Assembly: GCA_963736005.1 (NCBI GenBank)
Contig: CAVTNB010000001.1
Coordinates: forward strand, 672,001 to 736,000
Direction: 5' to 3'
From: an uncultured Pseudomonadota bacterium
Lineage (GTDB): Bacteria > Vulcanimicrobiota > Vulcanimicrobiia > Eremiobacterales > Eremiobacteraceae
DNA length: 64,000 nucleotides
Shown here: positions 1 to 8,609 of the stretch, one piece after another
Position numbering within the stretch: the stretch's first letter is position 1
Layout: every line of letters starts with the position of its first letter
Notes under the pieces: model-generated
Told to the model about the DNA's origin: nothing
Databases searched by the model: none
Seen by the model: only the letters and a program-made list of their open reading frames with translations
Program-made: the position numbers and the translations under genes

Positions 1-1
1 G

Positions 2-526
2 CATGCCGATCAGTGCCCGAGCTGCGCCGTCCTGCTCGCCGAGGCTATGAGGACCGCCGCAGCCTTAGAGCCACCGGGTGAACGAACTCTGGTGACGCGC
101 ATTTCTTCACGACAACCTCGCCGCATCGCCCCGTGGATTGGGTCCTTCGTGGCCGCAGCAGCCTTAATAGCGCTTGCGATCTGGAATATCGACCTTCGCT
201 CGAAGATTTTTCCTGTTCCGATTGCGTCCCTCGTGCATAGTCACTTCCAGCATCACGAGCTGCACGGAATCGTAGGCTCGGCCAAAGTCATTCAGGCGCT
301 GGATGGTAGTTGGCTCTATCTGGTTGGAGATGAGCTCGCTCCGCGCTCGACTTATTATCTCTGGGAAGTCGTTGGAGGCAAAGAGCGTGAGGTGGGATCG
401 TTTGAAACGAACTCTAGCGGACAAGCTGCAGCATACTGGGGGTCATCCCCCGCGAAGATTCAAGCGCTGGTCGTGAGCAGCGCGCCGGGTGAACCGAGCA
501 ACGGGGGCGACCTGCGCTGGCCCTAA
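2..526 (+). CDS. Zinc-finger anti-sigma factor, RskA-like (5' truncated by window edge)
   Basis: The frame is open from nt 2: HADQCPSC is an HxxxCxxC (ZAS) motif, followed by one TM segment (WIGSFVAAAALIALAIW) and a C-terminal domain with YYLW...VGSF...LVVSSAP resembling RskA. Confidence 0.75.
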   Translation, partial: HADQCPSCAVLLAEAMRTAAALEPPGERTLVTRISSRQPRRIAPWIGSFVAAAALIALAIWNIDLRSKIFPVPIASLVHSHFQHHELHGIVGSAKVIQALDGSWLYLVGDELAPRSTYYLWEVVGGKEREVGSFETNSSGQAAAYWGSSPAKIQALVVSSAPGEPSNGGDLRWP

Positions 527-894
527 AGGTTCGTTGCCTTGTTGGCGTCTGCGTTGCTCGCTTGCGAGCTTAAGGCGCGGAGGGCGTTCGCAGTGCGGAT
601 TGTTGCTCTGAGCCTGAAGACAACCATGACGATGACCCCGACAAAAACTATCGCTACCCCGGGAGTTGCATTGCTCAAGTTGGCCGAGAGGTCGCCAAAC
701 TTCAATCCGAGATCCATGCTCCCAGTGAAGCCCTTGAAGATGATGATGACTCCGACAACCGCCAAGAAACCGCCCACCAGCGTACCGATGAGGCTATTCC
801 AAATCTCGGCGCTAATTAACTTTCCGGCGGTGACTGGATCCAGACCACCAGGAACTTGAACGTCGAAGGATCGTACTGGCGGCGGCCCTTGCAT
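523..894 (-). CDS. Small membrane protein with two TM helices
   Basis: ATG at 894 preceded by AGAGGA. Two hydrophobic stretches: LIGTLVGGFLAVVGVIIIF and GVAIVFVGVIVMVVF. Confidence 0.6.
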   Translation of the reverse strand: MQGPPPVRSFDVQVPGGLDPVTAGKLISAEIWNSLIGTLVGGFLAVVGVIIIFKGFTGSMDLGLKFGDLSANLSNATPGVAIVFVGVIVMVVFRLRATIRTANALRALSSQASNADANKATNL

Positions 895-935
895 TTCGCA
901 TCCTCTTTCGCCTGAAGTGCATATTGTCCGGTTTA

Positions 936-1538
936 TTACAAAATCGCGGGCTCTGGTGCGATGGGCCACGGATTACGCACCGCCATCCGGCGCATTCGCG
1001 CCGGGTAGGTCCCGTTTGGACGGGCGCGCATCCAATCTTCTGAAAGCACCGCCAGGTACTCGAAATTCTCCCAAAGCGCGACATTGCCAGTAGCCTCGCG
1101 AGCCAACCCGAGGAGTTTTTCCAACCTCGTCCAGTTGCCCGCAATAACCCACGAATAGCGATCAAGAAAGATGCTCTGGTCGACAACGCCATTCTTGACA
1201 AGGATGCCAAGCTCTTCGTACGAGTTACCAACGAGGTTTACCGCTTTGTGCAGTTCCTCGTATTCTGGTTTGACGTCTGGAGTCGCGTGACGGCGATCCA
1301 GCGCGACATTATACTCGCGAAAAAGCGGATCATTGAGCGCCGCCTCGAGCTGCTCCCTCACCAACGTTTGGGCATCCGAAAATCGCTTCGCGCTAAATTC
1401 TTCACCGATGCTCAGCATGGCGTTGATTTGATTTCCGGCACGCAAGTGCCGTAATTGCACGAGCGCTGCGACAGCAGCTGCAGCCACAATGAGTACCGTT
1501 ATGACGGTGCCCAGAGTATTAATGAGTTCGAGCGACAT
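936..1538 (-). CDS. DUF4760-like membrane-anchored protein (paralog 1 of 4)
   Basis: GGAGG SD before ATG 1538. N-terminal TM, then QLRHLRxxNQ, NSYEELG and ENFEYLA..W...P.G.YP...RM motifs shared with three ORFs at 61-62.7 kb. The family name is from recall. Confidence 0.7.
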   Translation of the reverse strand: MSLELINTLGTVITVLIVAAAAVAALVQLRHLRAGNQINAMLSIGEEFSAKRFSDAQTLVREQLEAALNDPLFREYNVALDRRHATPDVKPEYEELHKAVNLVGNSYEELGILVKNGVVDQSIFLDRYSWVIAGNWTRLEKLLGLAREATGNVALWENFEYLAVLSEDWMRARPNGTYPARMRRMAVRNPWPIAPEPAIL

Positions 1539-1782
1539 GGCGACCTCCAATGATAATGAGAGAGTAGCCCCCCTCTAATCGGGCCCGGCGCGAACACCAG
1601 TGGCGCAGGAATTTGGGTAGCTGGGCTGTGCCACCTACGATACACTTGCCTACCCTCCCAAGAGGCGTTTACAAGCGCGACGCAGATTGGCGAGACTCCA
1701 TAAGAAAGCTACGCAAAGGGCAAGAGCAGCTAGGCGCTAGGTCCTGCAGCGAGGTTGCAGAAAGCACAGCCCGGAGGTGCGC

Positions 1783-2913
1783 ATGCTCAACCTCAAGCGC
1801 GCTGGCATTGTCTGTTTGGCGCTCACCTTGTTTCTTACGCAACATTCGACTGCTGCAATGGTGCAACCCACGCAGCCGTCGACATCGACCGCTCAGCCCG
1901 TACCGAGCGGACTCGTTGTCGTCATAAGAAACACGCCGCAAAGTGGATCATTGGATGCACAAGCATTGAATAACCCCTACATTAGCGGCGTGGCGTTGCA
2001 GATCCATTGGAGCGACATCGAACCGGTTGAAGGAAAACCAGATTGGTCGAAGCTCGATGCACTGTTCGCCGCTGCGGAATCATCAAAGAAATGGGTGCAG
2101 CTCTGCATCTATCCTGGCTTTTTTACGCCTGCGTGGGCCCTGAAGGGCGTGCAGACCGACCTCTTCCCAATTCCATATGGACCATACATAGGTAAGGTCG
2201 AGAGCCTTCCGATGCCCTGGGATACGATGTACCTTAACCGTTGGTTTGCATTCCTGAAACTACTGAGCGACAGGTACGGAATGTCGTCCGCTTTTCGAGT
2301 GGTCGCAGCTGACGGGCCAACATCGGTTTCGCCAGAGTTCACATTGCCAAACTCGCCACAGGACCTTAAGCAGTGGCAAAATGATGGTTATACGCCATCT
2401 AAATATCTCGGAGCATGGCAACTGGTCTTCCGAGCATATGCCGCCGATTTTCCTCGTCAGTACTTTTCTTTGTCCACGGGGACTGGTCTTAGTATTAATG
2501 ACCAAGGTAAAATTGATCCTCGTGAGCATTTGCAAACGAGACAGGCACTGGTTAACGAAGCGAATGCTCTCTTGGGACGCCGATTTGCGCTTGAGATGGA
2601 CGATGTCCATGCAGGCTTGGGTGCTCACACCCCCAATTCACAGATGGAAGATCAATTTATTATCGGTTATAACGGACGTAGTATCACCGGTTTTCAAATG
2701 CGCACCTCTGCCGAACTCGACAGCCGAGGGATGGGAGCTGCGGGCGATCCTCCGCTGGCTTTGCGAAGGTCAATCGATTTCGCGATGGAGCCGAACAGTG
2801 TCGGGCAGCATGTAAACTATCTGGAAATCTACGAACCCGACGTCCGCGCCGATGACTTGCAATCAACGCTGCGCTATGGAGCATCGCTGTTCGCGCCTCG
2901 GGCCACGCCCTAA
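1783..2913 (+). CDS. Secreted glycoside hydrolase-like protein (GH42/beta-galactosidase-like TIM barrel)
   Basis: GGAGG SD, signal peptide, and motifs WSDIEPVEGKPDWSKLD, TPAWAL, PMPWD...W, YLEIY. Confidence 0.6.
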   Translation: MLNLKRAGIVCLALTLFLTQHSTAAMVQPTQPSTSTAQPVPSGLVVVIRNTPQSGSLDAQALNNPYISGVALQIHWSDIEPVEGKPDWSKLDALFAAAESSKKWVQLCIYPGFFTPAWALKGVQTDLFPIPYGPYIGKVESLPMPWDTMYLNRWFAFLKLLSDRYGMSSAFRVVAADGPTSVSPEFTLPNSPQDLKQWQNDGYTPSKYLGAWQLVFRAYAADFPRQYFSLSTGTGLSINDQGKIDPREHLQTRQALVNEANALLGRRFALEMDDVHAGLGAHTPNSQMEDQFIIGYNGRSITGFQMRTSAELDSRGMGAAGDPPLALRRSIDFAMEPNSVGQHVNYLEIYEPDVRADDLQSTLRYGASLFAPRATP

Positions 2914-4103
2914 TTCTGAGCTGGCCCGTGCAATTGCTCAGGATTGCCACAAAAAATGCGGCCAATCATGTTCCACACATTGCGACACAAGTTTGCCAGG
3001 GCACTTGCTCGACAAAACGTCCACCCTCGGATCGCTCAAAACTTACTTGGCCTTTCAGACCCTCGGCTGACAATGGCAATCTATAGCTCACGCCGATTTC
3101 TCTCGATCTTGTCCCGATAGAGATCGAAAGCATCGCTCTGCTTGCAGTGGCGTTTTGAGCCTTTCGCACCAGCGTGAGCGACGTCCGCCCTGCTAAAATA
3201 GCCACAATCGCTTGGTGTTTACGAAGCGGTTCGGGCGCGATGAGGCGCTCTCTCCAGAAAACCAAAGGAGAACTTCCTCATGTATTCGACACCGAAAATC
3301 ATCGCCTCACTCGACGTGCGACTGCTCTTAGCCGACGCGGTTGGTACCGGCAGTTGTACAGATCCCGCCGGTTGCGGTTAATGGCGAAAGCCTAGACAGC
3401 TCGAAGCATTGGGCTGATCGGAGAGGGCACCGCGCTAGCGGTGCACTCTCCATTTTCTTAGCTCCCGCCACTGAAGGAAGCGCTCAAGGTCTAGTCGCCG
3501 ATTCGCGCGATCTTCGCCCGATATGGATGGGCCCATCAACGTGCCTGGCCGTGCTCGTAAACTCGCGGCATGCACGGTTCCTGGCATAACGGGCCGATAG
3601 TCGGTGCAACGCCGACAATACGCCTTTGCCCGGTCGCGTACGACGCACTGTACGGTGGCTGCATAGGCGACCTCGTTCGTCTGAATGAGCAGAATCGAAA
3701 ACCAGACGTCGCAAAGCATTTGGTTTACTAGGAAACGAAAATTAAATTCATTCGCAGTTACTCTGCTCAATGTTCGAGGAACGGCTAGCAATCGAACGTT
3801 TACGAAAATGGCTTAACTATGAATTTGGCAGCTCCGATGAGCGCGGCAAAGCACGCAAAGATACGTACGAGCGGCAACTTTCCGAGGCGCGCCTTGTTCA
3901 TGGACGCCTGAGGAATCTGAAGTAGAAAGCTGCGAACACCAAGACAATGCCAATATTCACCGTCAGCCGTTCCCAGAATCGGTTTCTGAAGAACGCGAAA
4001 TCTACAGCGACTATGACGGCTACCATCGCCACCAGGTACAGCACGACAACTAGACGCAAGATCTGGCCCCATTCGCGCTCAAATTTTCGCCAGCGGTCAA
4101 CAT

Positions 4104-4322
4104 GTGCTAGGTAGCGTGCGGCAACGAAAATCGACTGTCCTTTTCCGCTGGTATCTACGCAACGCCGTGAGTTCTGACGTTACGGTCGCAGCCGTCAACC
4201 CAGCCTCAGCGCCGGCGGTCAAAGATCCAAACGATTCTCGAAAGTCGGTGACGTTCACCGTAACTCCGGTCGCGCCGGGCACGTGAACGATTACGGTTAC
4301 GGACAAGCAGGGCACTAATTAG
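4104..4322 (+). pseudogene. Fragment of an Ig-like surface-protein repeat interrupted by TGA
   Basis: Reads ...SVTFTVTPVAPGT*TITVTDKQGTN*. The beta-strand pattern continues across TGA 4284-4286. No convincing start or signal peptide. Confidence 0.4.
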
Positions 4323-4576
4323 GGGCGAAGCCAAGAGTATACGTTTCAACCGCAAGGGTGAGCCCGTTCTTGTAACAGTCTCGCCTCTCGTGCAGTTACA
4401 AGCAATCCGGGACGATTTTAGGATGACGTTAGGCATTTAACCAAGCGCCTCACAAACCCGCATTTCCTGTCTTTTCCAAGAAAAGGTTAGACAGAGGTTA
4501 GATTCGCGCTGTCAAGTGCGCCTGTCAAGAGCCGCGAAGTCTTAGCAAACCGTTATGTGATAAGCGAAAGATTGGA

Positions 4577-4648
4577 AGCCGACGGAGGGATTTGAACCCC
4601 CGACCCGCGGTTTACAAAACCGCTGCTCTACCCCTGAGCTACGTCGGC
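4577..4648 (-). tRNA. tRNA-Thr(UGU)
   Basis: Reverse complement GCCGACG-TAGCTCAGGGGTAGAGC-AGCGGTT-TGT-AAACCGC-GGGTC-GGGGGTTCAAATCCCTC-CGTCGGC-T. Acceptor, D, anticodon and T arms all pair. Confidence 0.97.
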
Positions 4649-4702
4649 ACGCTGCCCACGAGTGTTTCGGTTCTCGTGCGATGGAACCTAGCTCGGATGC
4701 TC

Positions 4703-6487
4703 CTACGCAGGCTGAGTCTGCGTGTCTGCGAGCCGAGTTCGCAATGACTCGATTTCTCTCGTTGCCGAGTCGAGGATTTTTCTCATCGCTTCGGCATCCA
4801 GATGATCGTACGCCGCCGCCGCGCCGGGTGCGAGACCGGCAATCGCCTTGGTCTCATCCGGGTCGAGCGCTTCACCACGAATGTGAGCGCCATAAACTAC
4901 GATCGCTGCAAGGTTGCGACGAACAATGATAGGAAGCGCCAAGACGGGATGCGCCGGACCCGAAGGCACACCTTGAGTGCGCCACGGATGATCGTCCAGT
5001 GACAGCGGCCCGTTCTCGGTCTGCAACAGCATCAAAAAGTGCGCGTCATCGTCGTCCAATCTCGAAACATCGCTTAGCGCCCATCCCTCAGACGCCTCGC
5101 GGACGTATATGCCATCGTTACCGCGTCGGAAAAGGGCCGCAGATGCAAGGGACAGCGTTCGCACTGGTTCGCTCACCAATGCCTGTGCGACAGCTCCCGT
5201 CGTCGTGGCTGAAGGGAGCGCCGCAGCATTGCGAGCAAGCTGCACTTCTGCCCGATGACGCTGGCGGAAAAACGTCGCGTCAATGAGCGTTTCGACGCGC
5301 CGGTGCAGGCTATTGAACCAAAAGCCGACGCCGATCGCCACGCCTACCTCTGCGATCGTACCTAACCGTGCCAGCTTGAGCTTGTCGAGGAAGAACCAGT
5401 CAATGACTGAGAAGACGCCGACGAGCAACGTCGTGAGCAGGGCATACACAAGAGTACGGCTCACGACAAAGCTTACGTCGATGACACGATGCTTTATGAC
5501 CGCGTAGGCAACGGTGAGGGGCACAACGACGCTGACGAGGCTGAGGCTTGCATAGAACCAATACGGCAGGTTGAACTTGGTAAAAAGAAGCACCATGCGA
5601 GCCACAAAAACGATCCCAAAACCAAGGACGACCCAGCGTATGCGCTGCCTGTCATTTCCATCAGAGTGTAGGTAGGTGCCAATGAGCGCAAACAATGCGA
5701 GCAAAAACACAGCCCCGGCTAAGACGAAGATGAGGTTGAGGGTAGCCTCAGCCGGCCAACCAAACCACTCGCTGCCCAATAGCCTGTAGGTGCCAAGTCC
5801 CCAAAGAACGAGCACGAGAAATGGGGACCAGCGACAAATTAGCCGTCGCCAGCCGCCGAATTCTTTCCGTAAGAAGACCGCGCAAAAGACGGCCAGGCCC
5901 ACAGCGCCCGCGGCGAGCAGATACACCGAAACAATATCGGAGATAACGCCCCAAGGCGGACCCAGCACATACGACTTCAAGCTGGCAGGCGCCCCGTTCA
6001 ATCCGAGACAAAAGGCATAAAAAGCCCACGTCGTGATTGATGGACGCAGGAGCACCAACGCGGCTCCGATACCGACAAAAAGCAACACAGCGAATTCTCG
6101 TACCACAATGAGAGTCTGCTTGGCAATCCCCATCGTTTCTGGTTCGCTCACCATCGCCACGTAGCGGCCGCTCGAACCGCTTCTAATTGCCACTACAGCA
6201 CGCTGTCCGGGCAAGGATGTTCCCCCACTCGCGACCACCTCCCGATATTCGGGCTTCGTCGCTGCGATGTCGATCCGATCGCCGACGTTCAGCCCTGCGC
6301 GAGAAGCCGGAGAGTCTGGGTACGAAGCTGTGATGACGTTGTCATCATCACGCACGTAGCCGAAATCTCCCTCAGGTTGCCAAACCCTCCGGATGTCGGG
6401 CAATGAAAACACCAGAACCAGTGCGGCCAAGAAGAGCACCGCGAACGTTCGTAAAGCGGCTTTGCTCGATATTGTGTCTATAGCCAT
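4703..6487 (-). CDS. PDZ + multi-TM + GAF-like membrane sensor without output domain (paralog A)
   Basis: N-terminal TM; PDZ signature DSPASRAGLNVGDRI; about 8 further hydrophobic helices; PLTVAYAVIKHRV; GAF-like LALPIIVRRNLAAIVVYG; short coiled-coil C-terminus. AGGAG SD. Confidence 0.8.
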   Translation of the reverse strand: MAIDTISSKAALRTFAVLFLAALVLVFSLPDIRRVWQPEGDFGYVRDDDNVITASYPDSPASRAGLNVGDRIDIAATKPEYREVVASGGTSLPGQRAVVAIRSGSSGRYVAMVSEPETMGIAKQTLIVVREFAVLLFVGIGAALVLLRPSITTWAFYAFCLGLNGAPASLKSYVLGPPWGVISDIVSVYLLAAGAVGLAVFCAVFLRKEFGGWRRLICRWSPFLVLVLWGLGTYRLLGSEWFGWPAEATLNLIFVLAGAVFLLALFALIGTYLHSDGNDRQRIRWVVLGFGIVFVARMVLLFTKFNLPYWFYASLSLVSVVVPLTVAYAVIKHRVIDVSFVVSRTLVYALLTTLLVGVFSVIDWFFLDKLKLARLGTIAEVGVAIGVGFWFNSLHRRVETLIDATFFRQRHRAEVQLARNAAALPSATTTGAVAQALVSEPVRTLSLASAALFRRGNDGIYVREASEGWALSDVSRLDDDDAHFLMLLQTENGPLSLDDHPWRTQGVPSGPAHPVLALPIIVRRNLAAIVVYGAHIRGEALDPDETKAIAGLAPGAAAAYDHLDAEAMRKILDSATREIESLRTRLADTQTQPA

Positions 6488-6502
6488 ACGCTCCTACGCG
6501 AG

Positions 6503-7138
6503 CTACATACCGCCGTAGAGGCCCAAGGTTATGTACACAGCATGGCCGTCGCGAAAGACGACGACGCCGAAGTGGGCGCAGCGCTGGGGCTTCGGGCAAT
6601 TCTTCAAGACCGATAATGCTGAAGTGTGAGCGTCCAAGCGTTTGGCGGCGGAGGCCGAAACGCCGAAGTCGCTGGCCGCTTGACTCGGTGACATGCCTAA
6701 TTTCAGACCGCGGACGGATACCACTCCGGAAAGGTTGCGCCCGGGAATTTTGGACGGAGGCGCAGCCGCGTAGGCGATCAGGTCATCCCATCCACCATCA
6801 TCATTGTAGGCCGTACCGGCAGCGATACGGTGGACGCTGTCATACACCCAACTCGACCCTGCCCCAGCGGTCGGAAGATCGACTCCAGGGTATCCCAGAC
6901 CGTTTTGACCGCGCTTGCTCCATGCTTCGTATGGAATCGATCCAAAATGATCGGCCACCATTGTCGACGCCGTCGTGAGCGAGCCCGCTTGCCACGCCAT
7001 GGGCGTTGTTTTCTCGGCCCAGGAGACCAGTGCGTCAGTTGTGTCTGCAGCGGCGATGCTCGTACAAAGTATAGCAGCGAAAAACGCAATGAGACTGCGC
7101 ACGCGTGAGCGCGAAGCTTTCAGGCCTCCATGAAACAT
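6503..7138 (-). CDS. Secreted hypothetical protein
   Basis: Signal-like LIAFFAAILCTSIAAA. C-terminal GLKLGMSPSQAASDFG...FRDGHAV resembles BLIP/SmpA-like folds (inference). Ends 15 nt before paralog A. Confidence 0.7.
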   Translation of the reverse strand: MFHGGLKASRSRVRSLIAFFAAILCTSIAAADTTDALVSWAEKTTPMAWQAGSLTTASTMVADHFGSIPYEAWSKRGQNGLGYPGVDLPTAGAGSSWVYDSVHRIAAGTAYNDDGGWDDLIAYAAAPPSKIPGRNLSGVVSVRGLKLGMSPSQAASDFGVSASAAKRLDAHTSALSVLKNCPKPQRCAHFGVVVFRDGHAVYITLGLYGGM

Positions 7139-7282
7139 GAAACTTGGCCCTCCGTCATGACCGCGGAGAATTATGAGGATACGGTCGAGCGCTTAGGTTC
7201 GAGCGATGGTCCCCTAGAGCCTCGTAGTTCGACGTGACGATTGAGCGAGGCGTCAGCTTGCAAATGGACGGTCGAAAATCGA

Positions 7283-8104
7283 CTATTGCGCCAACTCGTG
7301 GGCCGTAAACTTCTCCGGATACGGACTGCCCCACTGGCCTGTCATTGTTATGTTGCCGCCGCTTCCATGAAGGCCGCAATAATAGTGGCCAGACTCATAG
7401 CTGCCTACTTGGAACTCGAAATACTTCACCCCGCCTTGTGTAAAACCGCCTGTGAAGGGACTAGTTCCGGTGACGACTCCATCTTTGTTAAATACCGCAA
7501 GAGTGCCTGAAAACTCACCCTTGTCGCTCTCGCTTGTAATACGGATTTGTTCCTGGAAGACGCCGTCGTCGCTCGTAAGCTGCCACGTCCCGATGAGGTT
7601 GGGATACGATCCGGAGGAGGCCGTCGTGCTCTCAAGACGATCAACCGCGCGGGCGAGCATGCCGCGAGAATCCTCGATATTGGAAAGCTTCACAGTGATT
7701 TCGCGGCTCTGATCTTGCAGCGCCTTGAGAAATAGCTTTTGCGTAGCGACGATGTGCGCGCCGGCCTGCGCTGCTTGCTTGGATGTAATTTGACCCGTGA
7801 ACACCATCATCGCGATCTCGTCCACGAGACGTTGGCGGTCGAATTCGAGCGGTCCGATTTCGAGCGGTCCAGCGATTTCAAATCCGAAGAGGACGCCTTT
7901 CCCGCTCTTCACATCCGTTATGCGAGTTTCGACGAACTGCTGCTCTTCTTGAAGAACCTTCTCTTCCTCGTTTAGCCTAGCGATTTGCGCTTGATAGTTC
8001 TTCAGTTGCTGGCTGTTGTCTGCGCCTGCTGCTATGGAGCCCGACCCCAATACAAACAAGGCCATAGCGGTAACGAGGCCAAACAGAACGCGACTCGATA
8101 GCAT
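7283..8104 (-). CDS. Secreted hypothetical protein, coiled coil plus small beta-rich C-terminal domain
   Basis: Signal peptide; heptad-like QLKNYQAQIARLNEEEKVLQEEQ; Ser/Thr linker; LIGTW followed by alternating beta strands. Confidence 0.7.
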   Translation of the reverse strand: MLSSRVLFGLVTAMALFVLGSGSIAAGADNSQQLKNYQAQIARLNEEEKVLQEEQQFVETRITDVKSGKGVLFGFEIAGPLEIGPLEFDRQRLVDEIAMMVFTGQITSKQAAQAGAHIVATQKLFLKALQDQSREITVKLSNIEDSRGMLARAVDRLESTTASSGSYPNLIGTWQLTSDDGVFQEQIRITSESDKGEFSGTLAVFNKDGVVTGTSPFTGGFTQGGVKYFEFQVGSYESGHYYCGLHGSGGNITMTGQWGSPYPEKFTAHELAQ

Positions 8105-8121
8105 CAGGGGCTTCAGCGTCT

Positions 8122-8511
8122 CTAGTTAGGAATCGCCCAGAAGTCGTTATCTTTGTCGGTGAAATCGCTGCCCGGTGAGTAGCTGCAAAAGTCGATGGCA
8201 TACCATGTGCGGGATGTTCCATCGGACCAATGCACGTTCACGTTGTACGTCGTGTCAGCAGCGCAGACATCTTGATCTATCGTCACCGCTTGGTAGTCCG
8301 ACGTGAATGCGGGGATGGTTGGGTCAGATCCATCGTTGAGAAGATTCGTGCTCCAAGCAGACGGTGTGTGGTTTGCATCGAGCGTTTGGAGGTAAAACCC
8401 ATTCAGAATGGCGCTGTAATGGTTGTCAACGCCTATCGTGCTGTTGGCGAGCGCAATTGATGGGGCAAGAAGCATTACTGCTGCGCACACCACGATGAAT
8501 GACCTCTTCAT
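8122..8511 (-). CDS. Small secreted two-Cys beta protein
   Basis: MKRSFIVVCAAVMLLAPSIALA signal peptide; W..NLL, C...YNV.V.WSDG and IDFC pattern. Confidence 0.7.
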   Translation of the reverse strand: MKRSFIVVCAAVMLLAPSIALANSTIGVDNHYSAILNGFYLQTLDANHTPSAWSTNLLNDGSDPTIPAFTSDYQAVTIDQDVCAADTTYNVNVHWSDGTSRTWYAIDFCSYSPGSDFTDKDNDFWAIPN

Positions 8512-8609
8512 GATGTATTTATCGGGTTCGCCGCAGACTCTTTCGAGCGTGCCTCCTATCACATTCTTGGCAGCGAATCCACGTGGCAAGGCCGAACTAA
8601 CCGCCAGCG

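Noticed and set aside
2966..4072. Short ORFs in the gene-poor stretch as real genes or integrase remnants
   Set aside because: No SD, motif or consistent composition; no tyrosine or serine recombinase signature seen.
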